Shown here: positions 1-10,169 of the stretch, in pieces | How the letters are laid out: each line of letters starts with the position of its first letter | How positions within the stretch are numbered: the stretch's first letter is position 1 | From: Bdellovibrionota bacterium | GTDB lineage: Bacteria > Bdellovibrionota_C > UBA2361 > CAKMMH01 | Direction of reading: 5' to 3' | Assembly: GCA_050952645.1 (NCBI GenBank) | Contig: JBMNLI010000017.1 | Span: forward strand, 224,001-288,000 | Length of the DNA: 64,000 nucleotides | Made by a program: the position numbers and the translations under genes | The notes under the pieces: generated by a model | What the model was told of the DNA's origin: nothing | Database searches by the model: none | Seen by the model: only the letters and a program-made list of their open reading frames with translations

Positions 1-1978
1 TATCATAAAAATATTTCGGAAGCCCTAGCATTTCAGCTTTAGAACGAACGTAGCTTAGAGCTGCCTTTGCAGACTCTTGCATCACATCTCCTAATTTTCC
101 TGTAATTAACAAACGTCCTTTTCCAGGCAAAACCGTAGTTTCAATCGCAAGGAGTTCTCCGCCTCTTTCAGTCCAAGCAAGCCCAGTGGTCATTCCCGTT
201 TGGTGTTGTTCTTCATGTTTTCCGTAGCTATAAATAGGTTGCCCTAAATATTTATTTATATTTTCAGCCGATACTACTACTTTATGTTTTTTATTATTTT
301 CTACTACCTCCATAGCGGCCTTTCTACAAAGCGCAGCTATGGCTCTTTCTAAACTTCTAACTCCAGCCTCTTTCGTGTATCGCCTAATAATTTCTACGTA
401 AGCAGAATCTTCTATAGTAATATTTTCAGGTTTTAAACCGTTTTGTTCTAACTCTTTTTTGTATAAATATTTTTTAGCGATAACTAGTTTTTCAAGCTCA
501 GTATAACCTGATAAGCTTAATATTTCCATTCTATCCATTAAAGGTTCTGGGATTTGATGGAGTGCATTCGCCGTGCAAACGAACATCACATTCGTTAGGT
601 CGTATTCACAATCTAAATAGTGATCACTAAAATTAACATTTTGCTCAGGGTCTAAAACCTCTAAAAGTGCAGCCGATGGGTCGCCTCTAAAGTCTGCCGA
701 CATTTTATCTATTTCATCTAACAAAAATACTGGATTACTTTTCTTAGCTTTTTTTATAGATTGTATTATTTTCCCTGGCATCGCTCCGATGTAAGTTCTT
801 CTATGTCCTCTAATTTCTGCCTCATCTCTTACACCACCTAAGGAAATACGCACAAACTCTCTATTAACGGCTCTTGCTATTGAGCGTCCTATCGATGTTT
901 TACCAACCCCTGGAGGTCCTACTAGACACAAGATTGGTCCTTTTATTTTTCCTACTAATTTTTGAACTGCTAAATATTCTAAAATTCTTTCTTTTACTTT
1001 TTCTAAGCCATAATGTTCTTCTTCTAATACATCCCTTGCATGATCCATATCTATATCATCTACAGATATTTCATTCCAAGGAAGAGATAGCATCCAATCT
1101 ACGTAATTTCTTACGACCGTTGCTTCTGCCGACATAGGAGACATCATCTTTAATTTTCTTATTTCTTTTTCAGTTTTTTCACGAGCCTCATCTGGCATAT
1201 CTTTTTCTTTAAGCTTATCTTCAAGTTCTTGAACCTCGTTTCTAAAATCATCTTTATCTCCGAGTTCTTTTTGGATAGCACGCATTTGCTCATTTAAGTA
1301 ATACTCTTTTTGCGTCTTTTCCATTTGTTTTTTTACTCTATTTCGTATTCTTTTTTCTACTTGCAATATTTCTATTTCAGATTTCATAAAATCTAAAACT
1401 TTTTCGAGTCTTTCTTTTGGATCTACAGTTTCTAAGAGCGATTGCCTATCTTCAGGCTTTATATTTAATTGAATGCCGATAGTATCTGCAAGTTTAGAAG
1501 GGTCTTCTATATTTTTAACTTGCATTATCATTTCAGGACTTACTTTTTTCCCAAGATTAACGTAATTTTCAAACGATACATTTACGGAACGCATCAACGC
1601 CTTTAATTCAGTCGTAGTTTCAAACTCTGCACTTAACTCTTCTACATCTACGAGCATACAATCTTCATTATCGTGATGTTTTAATATTCTAGCTCTAGCT
1701 TTTCCTTCGATTAAAACTTTTATTGGGCCATCTGCAAGTCTAATTAGTTGAACGACTTCACCTAAAGTGCCAATCTCAAAAATATCTTCTTGAGTTGGTG
1801 AGCTAGTTCTTGCATCTTTTTGAGCAGCTAGCATTATTAGCTTTCCTTGATTTTGTGCTTCTTCTATGGCTCTAACGCTCTTTTCTCGCCCTACAAATAG
1901 TGGCACTACTTGAGCAGGAAAAACTGCTGGTTCTCTTAATGCTAACAACGGAAGAGGATTCTCAATTTTTAATTTCAT
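1..1978 (-). CDS. lon: ATP-dependent Lon protease (C-terminus runs off the window start; absent from the ORF track)
   Basis: Manual translation from ATG at 1978: [21 protein letters not shown]; Walker [44 protein letters not shown]...[17 protein letters not shown]. Confidence 0.97.
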   Translation of the reverse strand, partial: MKLKIENPLPLLALREPAVFPAQVVPLFVGREKSVRAIEEAQNQGKLIMLAAQKDARTSSPTQEDIFEIGTLGEVVQLIRLADGPIKVLIEGKARARILKHHDNEDCMLVDVEELSAEFETTTELKALMRSVNVSFENYVNLGKKVSPEMIMQVKNIEDPSKLADTIGIQLNIKPEDRQSLLETVDPKERLEKVLDFMKSEIEILQVEKRIRNRVKKQMEKTQKEYYLNEQMRAIQKELGDKDDFRNEVQELEDKLKEKDMPDEAREKTEKEIRKLKMMSPMSAEATVVRNYVDWMLSLPWNEISVDDIDMDHARDVLEEEHYGLEKVKERILEYLAVQKLVGKIKGPILCLVGPPGVGKTSIGRSIARAVNREFVRISLGGVRDEAEIRGHRRTYIGAMPGKIIQSIKKAKKSNPVFLLDEIDKMSADFRGDPSAALLEVLDPEQNVNFSDHYLDCEYDLTNVMFVCTANALHQIPEPLMDRMEILSLSGYTELEKLVIAKKYLYKKELEQNGLKPENITIEDSAYVEIIRRYTKEAGVRSLERAIAALCRKAAMEVVENNKKHKVVVSAENINKYLGQPIYSYGKHEEQHQTGMTTGLAWTERGGELLAIETTVLPGKGRLLITGKLGDVMQESAKAALSYVRSKAEMLGLPKYFYD

Positions 1979-2136
1979 GAAATAACCTTACCTAATAAAA
2001 AAATATTTTCACTTTCACTATAATGAACAAATCGGAAAGTTTCAAATATTTATTAATACTTATTTTTAAATTTCTCTTTATTTATTTTTCTTTTAATTTA
2101 TTTATTTCTCTTTATTATTAATTATTACATTATATC

Positions 2137-2211
2137 TAATTCATAGTATCTCTAATTCATAGTATCACAAATCATAGTATCACAAATCATAGTATCACAA
2201 ATTATAGTATC
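2137..2211. repeat. Tandem repeat of about 15 bp (core CATAGTATC), 5 copies
   Basis: ctaattcatagtatc x2, acaaatcatagtatc x2, acaaattatagtatc in the lon-birA intergenic region. Confidence 0.85.
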
Positions 2212-2528
2212 ATTTTATACACTTAAAGATATATACATATATTATATAATATATAAACGTATAAGCATATAACATATAATAATAGATAATATGTAATATA
2301 TTACTAATATATAATAACTATTGCATAAAAATTCAAATAAAAATTTTTCTATATGCTTTTTTTATTAAATAAATTTATTTAACAAAATACATTTTTTAAG
2401 ATGACTTTTAAAACTAAGATGGTTGCTTTTTTTATTATTTTTATTATTTTAATAAAGTCTTTTAAAAATAAGTGCTTACGCTTTTTTAAAACAAACATTT
2501 TAAGAATATTTAAATATACCTTAATATT

Positions 2529-3260
2529 ATGGGAAAATATAACATCATTACATTTGATTTATTAGACTCTACTAACACTTATGCGCTACAAAACATAGAT
2601 GCGCTAGAGGATAGAACGTTAATTTTAGCTAACTCTCAAACTAAGGGGCGTGGAAAATTTCAAAGAGGCTGGGAATCTCAAAACACGAAAAATATTTACG
2701 CTTCATTAGTCTTAAAACCGAAAAATAATTTAGATTCCAAATTCTTTTTTGGCAATATCACGCAATTTTTATCGGTTATTATTTGCGATATATTAAAGCA
2801 ATATGGAGTTCTCCCAGAAATTAAATGGCCTAATGATATTTTAATATCTGATAAAAAAATATGTGGTATTCTTACTGAAAAAAGCACTAAAAATGCTGGG
2901 GTAGTCGTTGGCTTTGGAATAAATTTAGAACTTAAAAAAGAAGAGGCAGAAAAAATTTCTAGGAAAGCTACGTCGCTAAGTGCTGAATTAAAAGCTAAAA
3001 AAGATATCAATAAAATATCTTTTTTAAACTTACTATTAGATGCTTTTTTTATGGAATACGACTCATTTTTATTAAATGGTTTTGATTTTTTTAAAGAAAG
3101 GTATATTAAATATTCTAATTTTTTAGGAAAGGAAATTCTTATAAATAATTTTGATACTAGCATTAAAGGTATAGCTAAGAGCATTAACGATGATGGAACG
3201 CTAACTATTGAAAATGAAAACAAAAAAGAAATTAAAATTATAGCAGGAGAGATTGCATAA
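2529..3260 (+). CDS. birA: Biotin--acetyl-CoA-carboxylase ligase without N-terminal HTH
   Basis: DSTN, QTKGRGK, IKWPNDI and KKICGIL motifs. Confidence 0.95.
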   Translation: MGKYNIITFDLLDSTNTYALQNIDALEDRTLILANSQTKGRGKFQRGWESQNTKNIYASLVLKPKNNLDSKFFFGNITQFLSVIICDILKQYGVLPEIKWPNDILISDKKICGILTEKSTKNAGVVVGFGINLELKKEEAEKISRKATSLSAELKAKKDINKISFLNLLLDAFFMEYDSFLLNGFDFFKERYIKYSNFLGKEILINNFDTSIKGIAKSINDDGTLTIENENKKEIKIIAGEIA

Positions 3261-3575
3261 AAAGCGTGATGCTTTAAAATTAAAACTAGCAAAAATATAA
3301 AATTTCAATAAAAATCTTTTAAAAAACTCTTCAAAAAAAAAATTATAGGAAAAATCAAAAGAAAATCCTCAATAAAATCAATATGTTATAAATATTTGTA
3401 AGATTTTACAAAGATCTTACAAGGTTATTACAAATCTATGACAACTCGTTTTTAAAAATAAGCTAAAACATTATCTAAATTTTTTTTGCACTATGTGTTT
3501 TACGTAAATATCGAAGTGAAATACTAAGGCAAAATATTAAAACAAAATATTAATCATATAGGAGATAAAAATAAA

Positions 3576-4244
3576 ATGGAAAATGTTTTAGTAAATAATA
3601 TTGAAAATGAAACTGTATCTTTAACCGACTTAGAGTTAATAACACTTTTGAAGCGAGAAAAAAACCAGGATGCTTTTCAGGAGATCATTAATAGGTATGC
3701 TGAAAAAATTTTTACGCTTTCATTTAGGATTACTAGAAATAAGGAAGATGCTGAAGAAGCTTTGCAAGATACGCTTATTGCGGTTTATACAAAAATAGAT
3801 TCTTTTAAAGAAGAATCTACTTTTTCTAGTTGGCTTTATAGAGTTACTAGCAATGCTGCGTTTATGGTTATTAGAAAAAGGAAAAAGACTGAGGCTATTT
3901 CGCTAACTGATACTGAGGATTTTACTACTTCGCAAATAATTACAAAAAATAATTATGAAGATATAAATTATTTAAGCACTAAGCATGAGCTTCAAGAAAA
4001 ATTAGAGTTAGCGCTTCTTAAACTTCCTAAGGATTACAGAGAGATATTTATAATGCGTGATGTAGATAAGATTTCTAATAAGAAGATTGCGCAAAAGTTT
4101 AATTTAAGTATTCCTGCTACTAAGGCTAAAATTCATCGTGCTCGACTTTTGCTTAGAAAGGAACTTAAAAACTATTATGAAGATTATACTACTAGTAAAG
4201 AGTTTATTAAAACTCCGAAAGAGTGTATCGATTTTGCTATGTAG
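3576..4244 (+). CDS. ECF-family sigma-70 factor
   Basis: Region 2 DAEEALQD...FSSWLYRVTSN and a region 4 HTH ending KIHRAR; GGAG RBS upstream. Confidence 0.92.
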   Translation: MENVLVNNIENETVSLTDLELITLLKREKNQDAFQEIINRYAEKIFTLSFRITRNKEDAEEALQDTLIAVYTKIDSFKEESTFSSWLYRVTSNAAFMVIRKRKKTEAISLTDTEDFTTSQIITKNNYEDINYLSTKHELQEKLELALLKLPKDYREIFIMRDVDKISNKKIAQKFNLSIPATKAKIHRARLLLRKELKNYYEDYTTSKEFIKTPKECIDFAM

Positions 4245-4401
4245 ATATATCTAAATATGCTATGCAAAGCTTTTTAGTGGTAAAAAAACAAGAAGATAAA
4301 GGAAGATAAAAAAAGCAAAAAGGCAAGAAAACAAAAAATCTGAAGAAGAAATAAGCAGAAAACAAAAAGACAGAAAACAAATAGATAAAAAACAAATAGA
4401 T

Positions 4402-4456
4402 AAAAAAAGAGCGTAGGGGAAAACCTGAAGTGTCTCCCCTATTAAAGCTCTTTTTT
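4402..4456. terminator. Probable bidirectional intrinsic terminator
   Basis: aaaaaaagagc..taggg / ccctat..gctctttttt inverted repeat between convergent genes. Confidence 0.6.
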
Positions 4457-4644
4457 AAGCTAGCGCATTTAGTTTTTCTTTTACGCTAGGGGTCTATTGT
4501 TTAAAAACCATTTTGCTAGTTCATAGTTGCTTGTGATTTTTAGTTTGCAAATTTTAACAAGCTGTAAATAAAGATAGAGTGCATTAAAAACTCTATTTTG
4601 CAGCATCTTTTTTACTTCAAGCTTTATTAGTTTTTTTAAAGCTT

Positions 4645-5322
4645 TTAGTAAAACTGTATGCCGTCAATGGTGATTTCGCATACTAGAACTATTCCATTAC
4701 CTTTTTTATTAAGCTTATCTTTAAGCGTGCTCAAAATCGCTTCTTGCTCTGCGAGAACATCTTTAGCGTCGTAGTTTTGGAAAACCTCACTAACTAAAGG
4801 CTCTAAAGTAGTCTGCAAGTAGTTGTTGATAAGAGTGTTTTTCTTATTTGACTTTGCTTGTTTAGAGTTAAGTTTAGGGTAAAGTTTAGATGGGTCTTCC
4901 GTCAAAATTTCATAATTTACCAAGAAATTAGCACCGACGTCACTTCCATCTTTAGTTTTAATATTAAAACTTTTTCTAGCCATTCCTTGCCTATCTTGAC
5001 GCATCACCCTTTCCCATGGCTTTCTAGGCTTTGGCTCTTTGTACCAAATGTTTGAAACGATGCCACCCTTAGCGATTACTACTCCATACCTATTACTCTC
5101 TAATGGGTCAATGTAAAAAGTAGAAGTGACGTTTAAGAAAACACCCACGATATACAAAACGAGAATTGCTTTTAACAATACGATGACAGGTTCTTTTGTG
5201 TGAAACAGGCGAACAGAATCTAGCTTTTTAAAAAAAGAGATAGCTAGTAATCCTAAAGCCACTACGGCATATATTGTGCAAATGGTAAAAATCATTGTTA
5301 TTTTCCCCTTTCTATCAAGCAA
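4645..5322 (-). CDS. Membrane protein, possible SPFH/Band 7 domain
   Basis: Two N-terminal hydrophobic helices; FNIKTKDGSDVGANFLVNY and C-terminal EITIDGIQF resemble Band 7 patterns. Confidence 0.55.
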   Translation of the reverse strand: MLDRKGKITMIFTICTIYAVVALGLLAISFFKKLDSVRLFHTKEPVIVLLKAILVLYIVGVFLNVTSTFYIDPLESNRYGVVIAKGGIVSNIWYKEPKPRKPWERVMRQDRQGMARKSFNIKTKDGSDVGANFLVNYEILTEDPSKLYPKLNSKQAKSNKKNTLINNYLQTTLEPLVSEVFQNYDAKDVLAEQEAILSTLKDKLNKKGNGIVLVCEITIDGIQFY

Positions 5323-5581
5323 AATATTTTCGCCTTAAAAAGAGTTATTGAAATTTAGAACTTGCTTTTAAAATCACAAACGCTTGTGTATTATAACAAG
5401 TTAAACAAAAAAACCGTCTTATTACTTTATTTTTTACTATTTATCTTCTACCCTTTCTTATTTCATAAAAAAAGCTCTAAGACGAGAGTGAATTTAGCCT
5501 AACTTAAGTTCTTACTCAACTTTTTTTCTAGCAAAGCTCGTCTCCTCTAATGCTTTAGCTCCGTAGTATTAAAAACTAGCC

Positions 5582-6553
5582 TTAAACTACTTTCTCTAAA
5601 AACTCTAAGAACTCTTTGTAAGTATTTATATTCATGGCTTTTACTCTAAGGTCGCTTGCTCCATCAAAGCCTGAAAAATAAGTTTTATAAAATCTTTTCA
5701 TTACTCTAAAATCTTTTTCTTCTTGCCAAAAATCATTAAACATTTTTCCATGTTTTTTTAAAATTTCCACCTTGTCTTTTAATGGCATCTTTAAAAAATA
5801 ATCCTTAGGAACATTCTTAAAAATATACGGATTAGTAATCGCTCCACGCCCTATCATAATTCCATCTACCTTAGAATATTCTTGTTTTTTAATACCATCT
5901 TCAAAAGATACGACATCGCCATTTCCAATTATTACTATATCTTTATTTATAATATTTTTTAGCTCTACAAACTTTTTTATTTCATCCCAATTAGCTTTAC
6001 TAGCAAACGTTGAACGAACAGTTCTTCCGTGAATGGTTATAGCATTTGGATTTAATAAAAACAAAAACTCTCCCCATTTTTCGGTATCATACTTTCTATA
6101 ACCTAATCTTGTTTTTATACTTATTGGTAAAACATCTTTTACCGCTTCCTTAGTAGCTAAAAAAATTTCTTTTACTAAAGTAGGATTATTGACTAACGCA
6201 CCACAAGCATTATTTTTTAATACTTTAGGAACTGAACAACCTATATTGATATCTATTCCATCGAAACCTAACTCTAAAACATCTTTAGCTACTTTATAAT
6301 AATTCAAAGGATTATTTCCCCAAAGCTGCGCTACTATCGGCTTTTCCTGTTTTTTATATTTAAGCCTATGAATCACCCCATCTTTTCCTCTCGAGCAAAG
6401 CCCATCAGTATTTACAAACTCAGTAAAAAGCACATCTGGGCACGAAAGCTCCTTTACTAAATTTCTAAACACCGTATCCGTTACGCTCTCCATGGGGGCT
6501 AGCGCAAAAAATGGCACTTTTAAATCTTTCCAAAAGTTTTTTTTACTATTCAT
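5582..6553 (-). CDS. dus: tRNA-dihydrouridine synthase (Dus family)
   Basis: LAPM, DINIGC, TIHGRT, GNGDV and GIMIGRG motifs. Confidence 0.93.
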   Translation of the reverse strand: MNSKKNFWKDLKVPFFALAPMESVTDTVFRNLVKELSCPDVLFTEFVNTDGLCSRGKDGVIHRLKYKKQEKPIVAQLWGNNPLNYYKVAKDVLELGFDGIDINIGCSVPKVLKNNACGALVNNPTLVKEIFLATKEAVKDVLPISIKTRLGYRKYDTEKWGEFLFLLNPNAITIHGRTVRSTFASKANWDEIKKFVELKNIINKDIVIIGNGDVVSFEDGIKKQEYSKVDGIMIGRGAITNPYIFKNVPKDYFLKMPLKDKVEILKKHGKMFNDFWQEEKDFRVMKRFYKTYFSGFDGASDLRVKAMNINTYKEFLEFLEKVV

Positions 6554-6686
6554 ATTTAAGTTAATTGTTTAAGTTAATTATCAAGACTAATTATCTATAC
6601 TAAATTATCTATATTATTATTAACAGAGCAAATTATTAAAAATATACTATCAATAAGCATTGCTTATGCGCTACTAACAAAAATTA

Positions 6687-6879
6687 GTTCTTCACGTTTT
6701 AAGTGGGGTAGGAAAAAAATTGTTTCTTTAATTAGCTTAAAAGAAAATTGGCTTTGATAGAAAACTAGCTATAAATTAAAAAAAAATGACAACTATATTA
6801 AAAGTCAATTTTCTTTTGGCCCCCGTGGTGAGTGATACTAATCTTTTAGAGTTTAAAATCACTTTGAAACGTGAGGAAC
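6687..6879 (+). mobile_element. MITE-like repeat, subtype A (a second partial terminus follows at 6887-6925)
   Basis: Ends gttcttcacgtttt / ttgaaacgtgaggaac; interior homologous to copies at 9820, 10112, 21047 and 40009. Confidence 0.8.
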
Positions 6880-6944
6880 GTTTTTAGTTCTTCACGTTTT
6901 AAGTGCGGTGGAAAAAAATGTTTCTTTACTACGTTTAAATTTTT

Positions 6945-8366
6945 CTACCTTAAATCTTTTGCAATATTTTCTAGTAGTGGCGGTCTTAATAAAATATTTC
7001 TTGCTTCTAACGCCTGCGCGGCAAGAGATGGGAACACTCCTTCAAGTCTAGATATTTGATTTAAATGATCGGCGGTTTGAGAAATAAGTCTTGAAGCATC
7101 CCCTTCAGCTACTCCTGCAAGCCTAAGTATCGATGCAAACGATGACCAATCTTGCGAATCCATCCAAGTAGTTACAGTAATAGCAGCAGACGGCTGCACT
7201 ACTACCTCATCTCTATTCTTATTTTCATACGCTAATTTTACGTACTCTACAATTCTCGTCATCTCATCAAAATACTGTTTCTTTATAAGATTCTTTTTAA
7301 TATTTATATACGACCTATAAGAATCTCCAGCAATGCTAGCTACAAGCCCGACTAGTTCATAAGCATCTAAATCTTCAAAAAGTCCACTATCGATAGCCTC
7401 AGCGAGTTCTAAAACCAAACTCGTGCAAAGTTCTGCCGCCCAATGTCCTTTAGGAGTTAATTTTTTATCTTTTATATGTCCTAAACTTTCTAGAACTCTA
7501 ACCGTATTTTCTAATTGTAAAGATTGCCTATTTTTTAGGAGTTCCACTTCTCTTTGTCTTCTATTTATCTTCTTTCTAAATTTTTTAGCAACTTCAGTTT
7601 GAAGTGTATCTTTCTTTTCTTCATACTCTCTTTGTAATTCCTTTAGCTCCTCTTGAAGTTTGCTAGCTTCTTTTCTATCTAGAAAACCAGCAAAACTTTT
7701 TTCTACTAAAAATCTTAAATCTTCAACGGAACGAAATTTTAATAGATTAAGAACCGTTGATGGTGCTGCAAAATAAGCAGACCTTAAAGGCTCTACGGGT
7801 TTTTTTATAATATCACTTACCACTCTTGCATCTGAAAAAAGCCCTGGCGCTACTAAACAAATTCCCACCGAATCTTTTCCACGTCTTCCAGCTCGACCAG
7901 ACATTTGCTGAAACTCAGACGAGGTTAAAATTTTAAATCCATCTGCCCCTCTTTTGCTATGAGCAGTAATCACAGTCGTTCTTGCAGGAAAATCTACCCC
8001 TGCTGCCACAGTGCCAGTTGCTATCATAAGCCTAAGAACTCCTCTTACCATAAGTTCTTCTAAGAGCAATCTCCAAAGCAAAAGTTGCCCAGCGTGATGC
8101 GCCCCAGCCCCAGTTTTTATTAGTGCTTCATATTGAAGATGCCCAAAGATAACCTCTCTTTCCATGGAATATTTTTCAACAATCTTTTCAACCTCTGCTT
8201 TCAGCACTTCTTGTTCGTCTAGCGGAAGTTCAGCGCTAGGTCTTATTGAAAGTTTTTCTATATCATCATCACACTGTCTTCTCGATGTTCTAAATAATAA
8301 TGCTGGAAGTAAATTGTCTTTTTTTAATTGCATCAACATTGTATATACTGGATATTCACTTATCAT
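6945..8366 (-). CDS. Ski2/HelY-like helicase, C-terminal half (RecA2 domain plus C-terminal helical region)
   Basis: LLPALLF..SRRQCD, AHHAG, ATGTVAAGVDFPA, QMSGRAGRRG (motif VI); own AAGGTG RBS. Confidence 0.9.
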   Translation of the reverse strand: MISEYPVYTMLMQLKKDNLLPALLFRTSRRQCDDDIEKLSIRPSAELPLDEQEVLKAEVEKIVEKYSMEREVIFGHLQYEALIKTGAGAHHAGQLLLWRLLLEELMVRGVLRLMIATGTVAAGVDFPARTTVITAHSKRGADGFKILTSSEFQQMSGRAGRRGKDSVGICLVAPGLFSDARVVSDIIKKPVEPLRSAYFAAPSTVLNLLKFRSVEDLRFLVEKSFAGFLDRKEASKLQEELKELQREYEEKKDTLQTEVAKKFRKKINRRQREVELLKNRQSLQLENTVRVLESLGHIKDKKLTPKGHWAAELCTSLVLELAEAIDSGLFEDLDAYELVGLVASIAGDSYRSYINIKKNLIKKQYFDEMTRIVEYVKLAYENKNRDEVVVQPSAAITVTTWMDSQDWSSFASILRLAGVAEGDASRLISQTADHLNQISRLEGVFPSLAAQALEARNILLRPPLLENIAKDLR

Positions 8367-8525
8367 TTTACTAATTTCACCTTTTTTTATATTGCTATTA
8401 TATTACTTTATATATTACTTTAATTTATTTTTTAATTTATTCTCTACATTTTAAGATAGTTAAAACTATCTAACACATACATTTTCCCATATGCATAAAG
8501 CGTTAAAAACCCTAAAAGTTTACCT

Positions 8526-9544
8526 TTAGCGTCCTTTTATACGGCTCTTTCTCTGTTTTCCGCTTTGCGTTCCTTTTCCTTTAAAATTACTTTTAGTTCT
8601 TCTAGATGTTTTTCCTTTTCTTCGCCACCCCTCATCTCCTTTATAAGCCTTTCTAAATGAGATTCTCGTAAACTTCATTCCACTAGAATCAAGTCCTGCC
8701 TTGCCATAATAATCTAAAACATCCTTACAAACATTTCCCTTTTTATCATTTAAAGGTATAGGGCCAAAATCAGGATGTAAAAACCCATATCTTAACTCTA
8801 CAGGTCTATCATACTTATAAACTACATTACACTCTTTGCCTCTAACCTCTTTTAACCAAGCGGCTATCTCATCTGCATTTGAAATCGATGCAGAAAGCAT
8901 TAAAAGCGCCGCTTCTTTTGCACTCAAAATTATACTCTCTTCCCAAACGGCACCTCTTTGAGGGTCTGCAATATAATGAACTTCATCAAAAACTACTAAA
9001 GAATATCTTTCTTCGACTTTATATAACTCATTTCTATAAATTTCAGTCGTTGCGATTAAAATATTTGCATCAGTATCTATTTTTCTATCGCCAGTTAAAA
9101 TACCTACTTTAAATTTAGGCTCAAATATTTTTTAAACTCATTATATTTAGTATTAGAAAGTGCCTTTAAAGGCGTCGTGTAAATAGAACGCCCTCCTTGT
9201 TCGGCATTAGCTTTTATCGCCTCTAGAGCGATAAAAGTTTTTCCTGCTCCCGTCGGGGCTACTACGAGCGTATCATTTCCAAGGACTACGGATTCTATGG
9301 CTTCTTTTTGAAAATCATCTATAACAAATTCCGTATTTTCAGGAACTCCTATACCAGATAAAAACTCTTTTTTCTCTTTACTTATCCTTACCCCTCTACT
9401 ATCACCACCATTACTATTGCTACTTCTCTTCTCGATACTGTTCTTATTGCCGTTCTTATTACCATTCTTATTATTGTCATTATTCTTTTCCTTATTATTA
9501 TCCTTATTCCTATTATTTTTTTTATTATTATTTTTATAACTCAT
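8526..9544 (-). CDS. Ski2/HelY-like helicase, N-terminal half (RecA1 domain); one frameshift near 9131
   Basis: APTGAGKT and TPLKALSN; adding one A to the A6 run gives KVGILTGD...ATTEIYRN...VVFDEVHY...RGAVWEE, in frame with ORF 8526-8927 (LSAS, RPVEL). Confidence 0.88.
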
Positions 9545-9732
9545 ATAAAATTTCCTTAAATCTTTTTTAAAAACTAACCTTTCTTTTAATTTATTTTATT
9601 TAAAATTTATTTTTTAAAACTTTAAAGCTCTTAATATTTTAATCTAATCTTAATTTAGAGAGCAAAAATTCTCTTTAGTATTTACACAACCGCTCTTTAA
9701 ATCCTTTAAAAAAATATCACCTTTAGACATAC

Positions 9733-10169
9733 CTTAAAACGTCAAAGAACCTAAAAATTAGCTCTTCACGTTTTAAGTGGGTTAAAGTCTATCTTCTAAT
9801 AAATTGACAAAACTATTTTGTTCTTCACTTTTAAAGGTGATTTAAGACCTTAAAATTAGTATCACTCACCTCACGAAGCCCAAAAGAAAATTGACTTTAA
9901 AGGAATTGGCATAAAATAAATTAACTTTAAATATAGCTGTAATTTTTTTTTTGAAACTATAGTTAGTTTTATATAAAAGTCAATTTTCTTTTAAGCTAAC
10001 CTAAAAAACAATTTTTCTAACCCACTTAAAACGTCAAAGAACCTAAAAATTAGCTCTTCACATTTTAAGTGGGTTAAAGTCTATCTTCTAATAAATTGAC
10101 AAAACTATTTTGTTCTTCACTTTTAAAGGTGATTTAAGACCTTAAAATTAGTATCACTCACCCCACGAA
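9733..10169. repeat. 292-bp tandem unit (subtype B left end plus subtype A MITE); second unit is interrupted by the intron and resumes at 12067-12240
   Basis: cttaaaacgtcaaagaacctaaaaatt recurs at 9733, 10025 and 12214; the units are nearly identical. Confidence 0.92.

Noticed and set aside
874..1137. Plus-strand 87-aa ORF and similar short antisense ORFs (e.g. 2696-3292, 13083-13457, 51039-51473, 53981-54469, 60813-61184)
   Set aside because: Shadows of well-supported genes on the opposite strand, with no recognisable motifs.
6871..7059. 62-aa plus-strand ORF
   Set aside because: Starts within MITE termini and runs antisense into the helicase gene.
9128..9136. Programmed ribosomal frameshift at TTT AAA AAA in the helicase
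   Set aside because: Indistinguishable from the other homopolymer indels nearby, and I saw no stimulatory structure.
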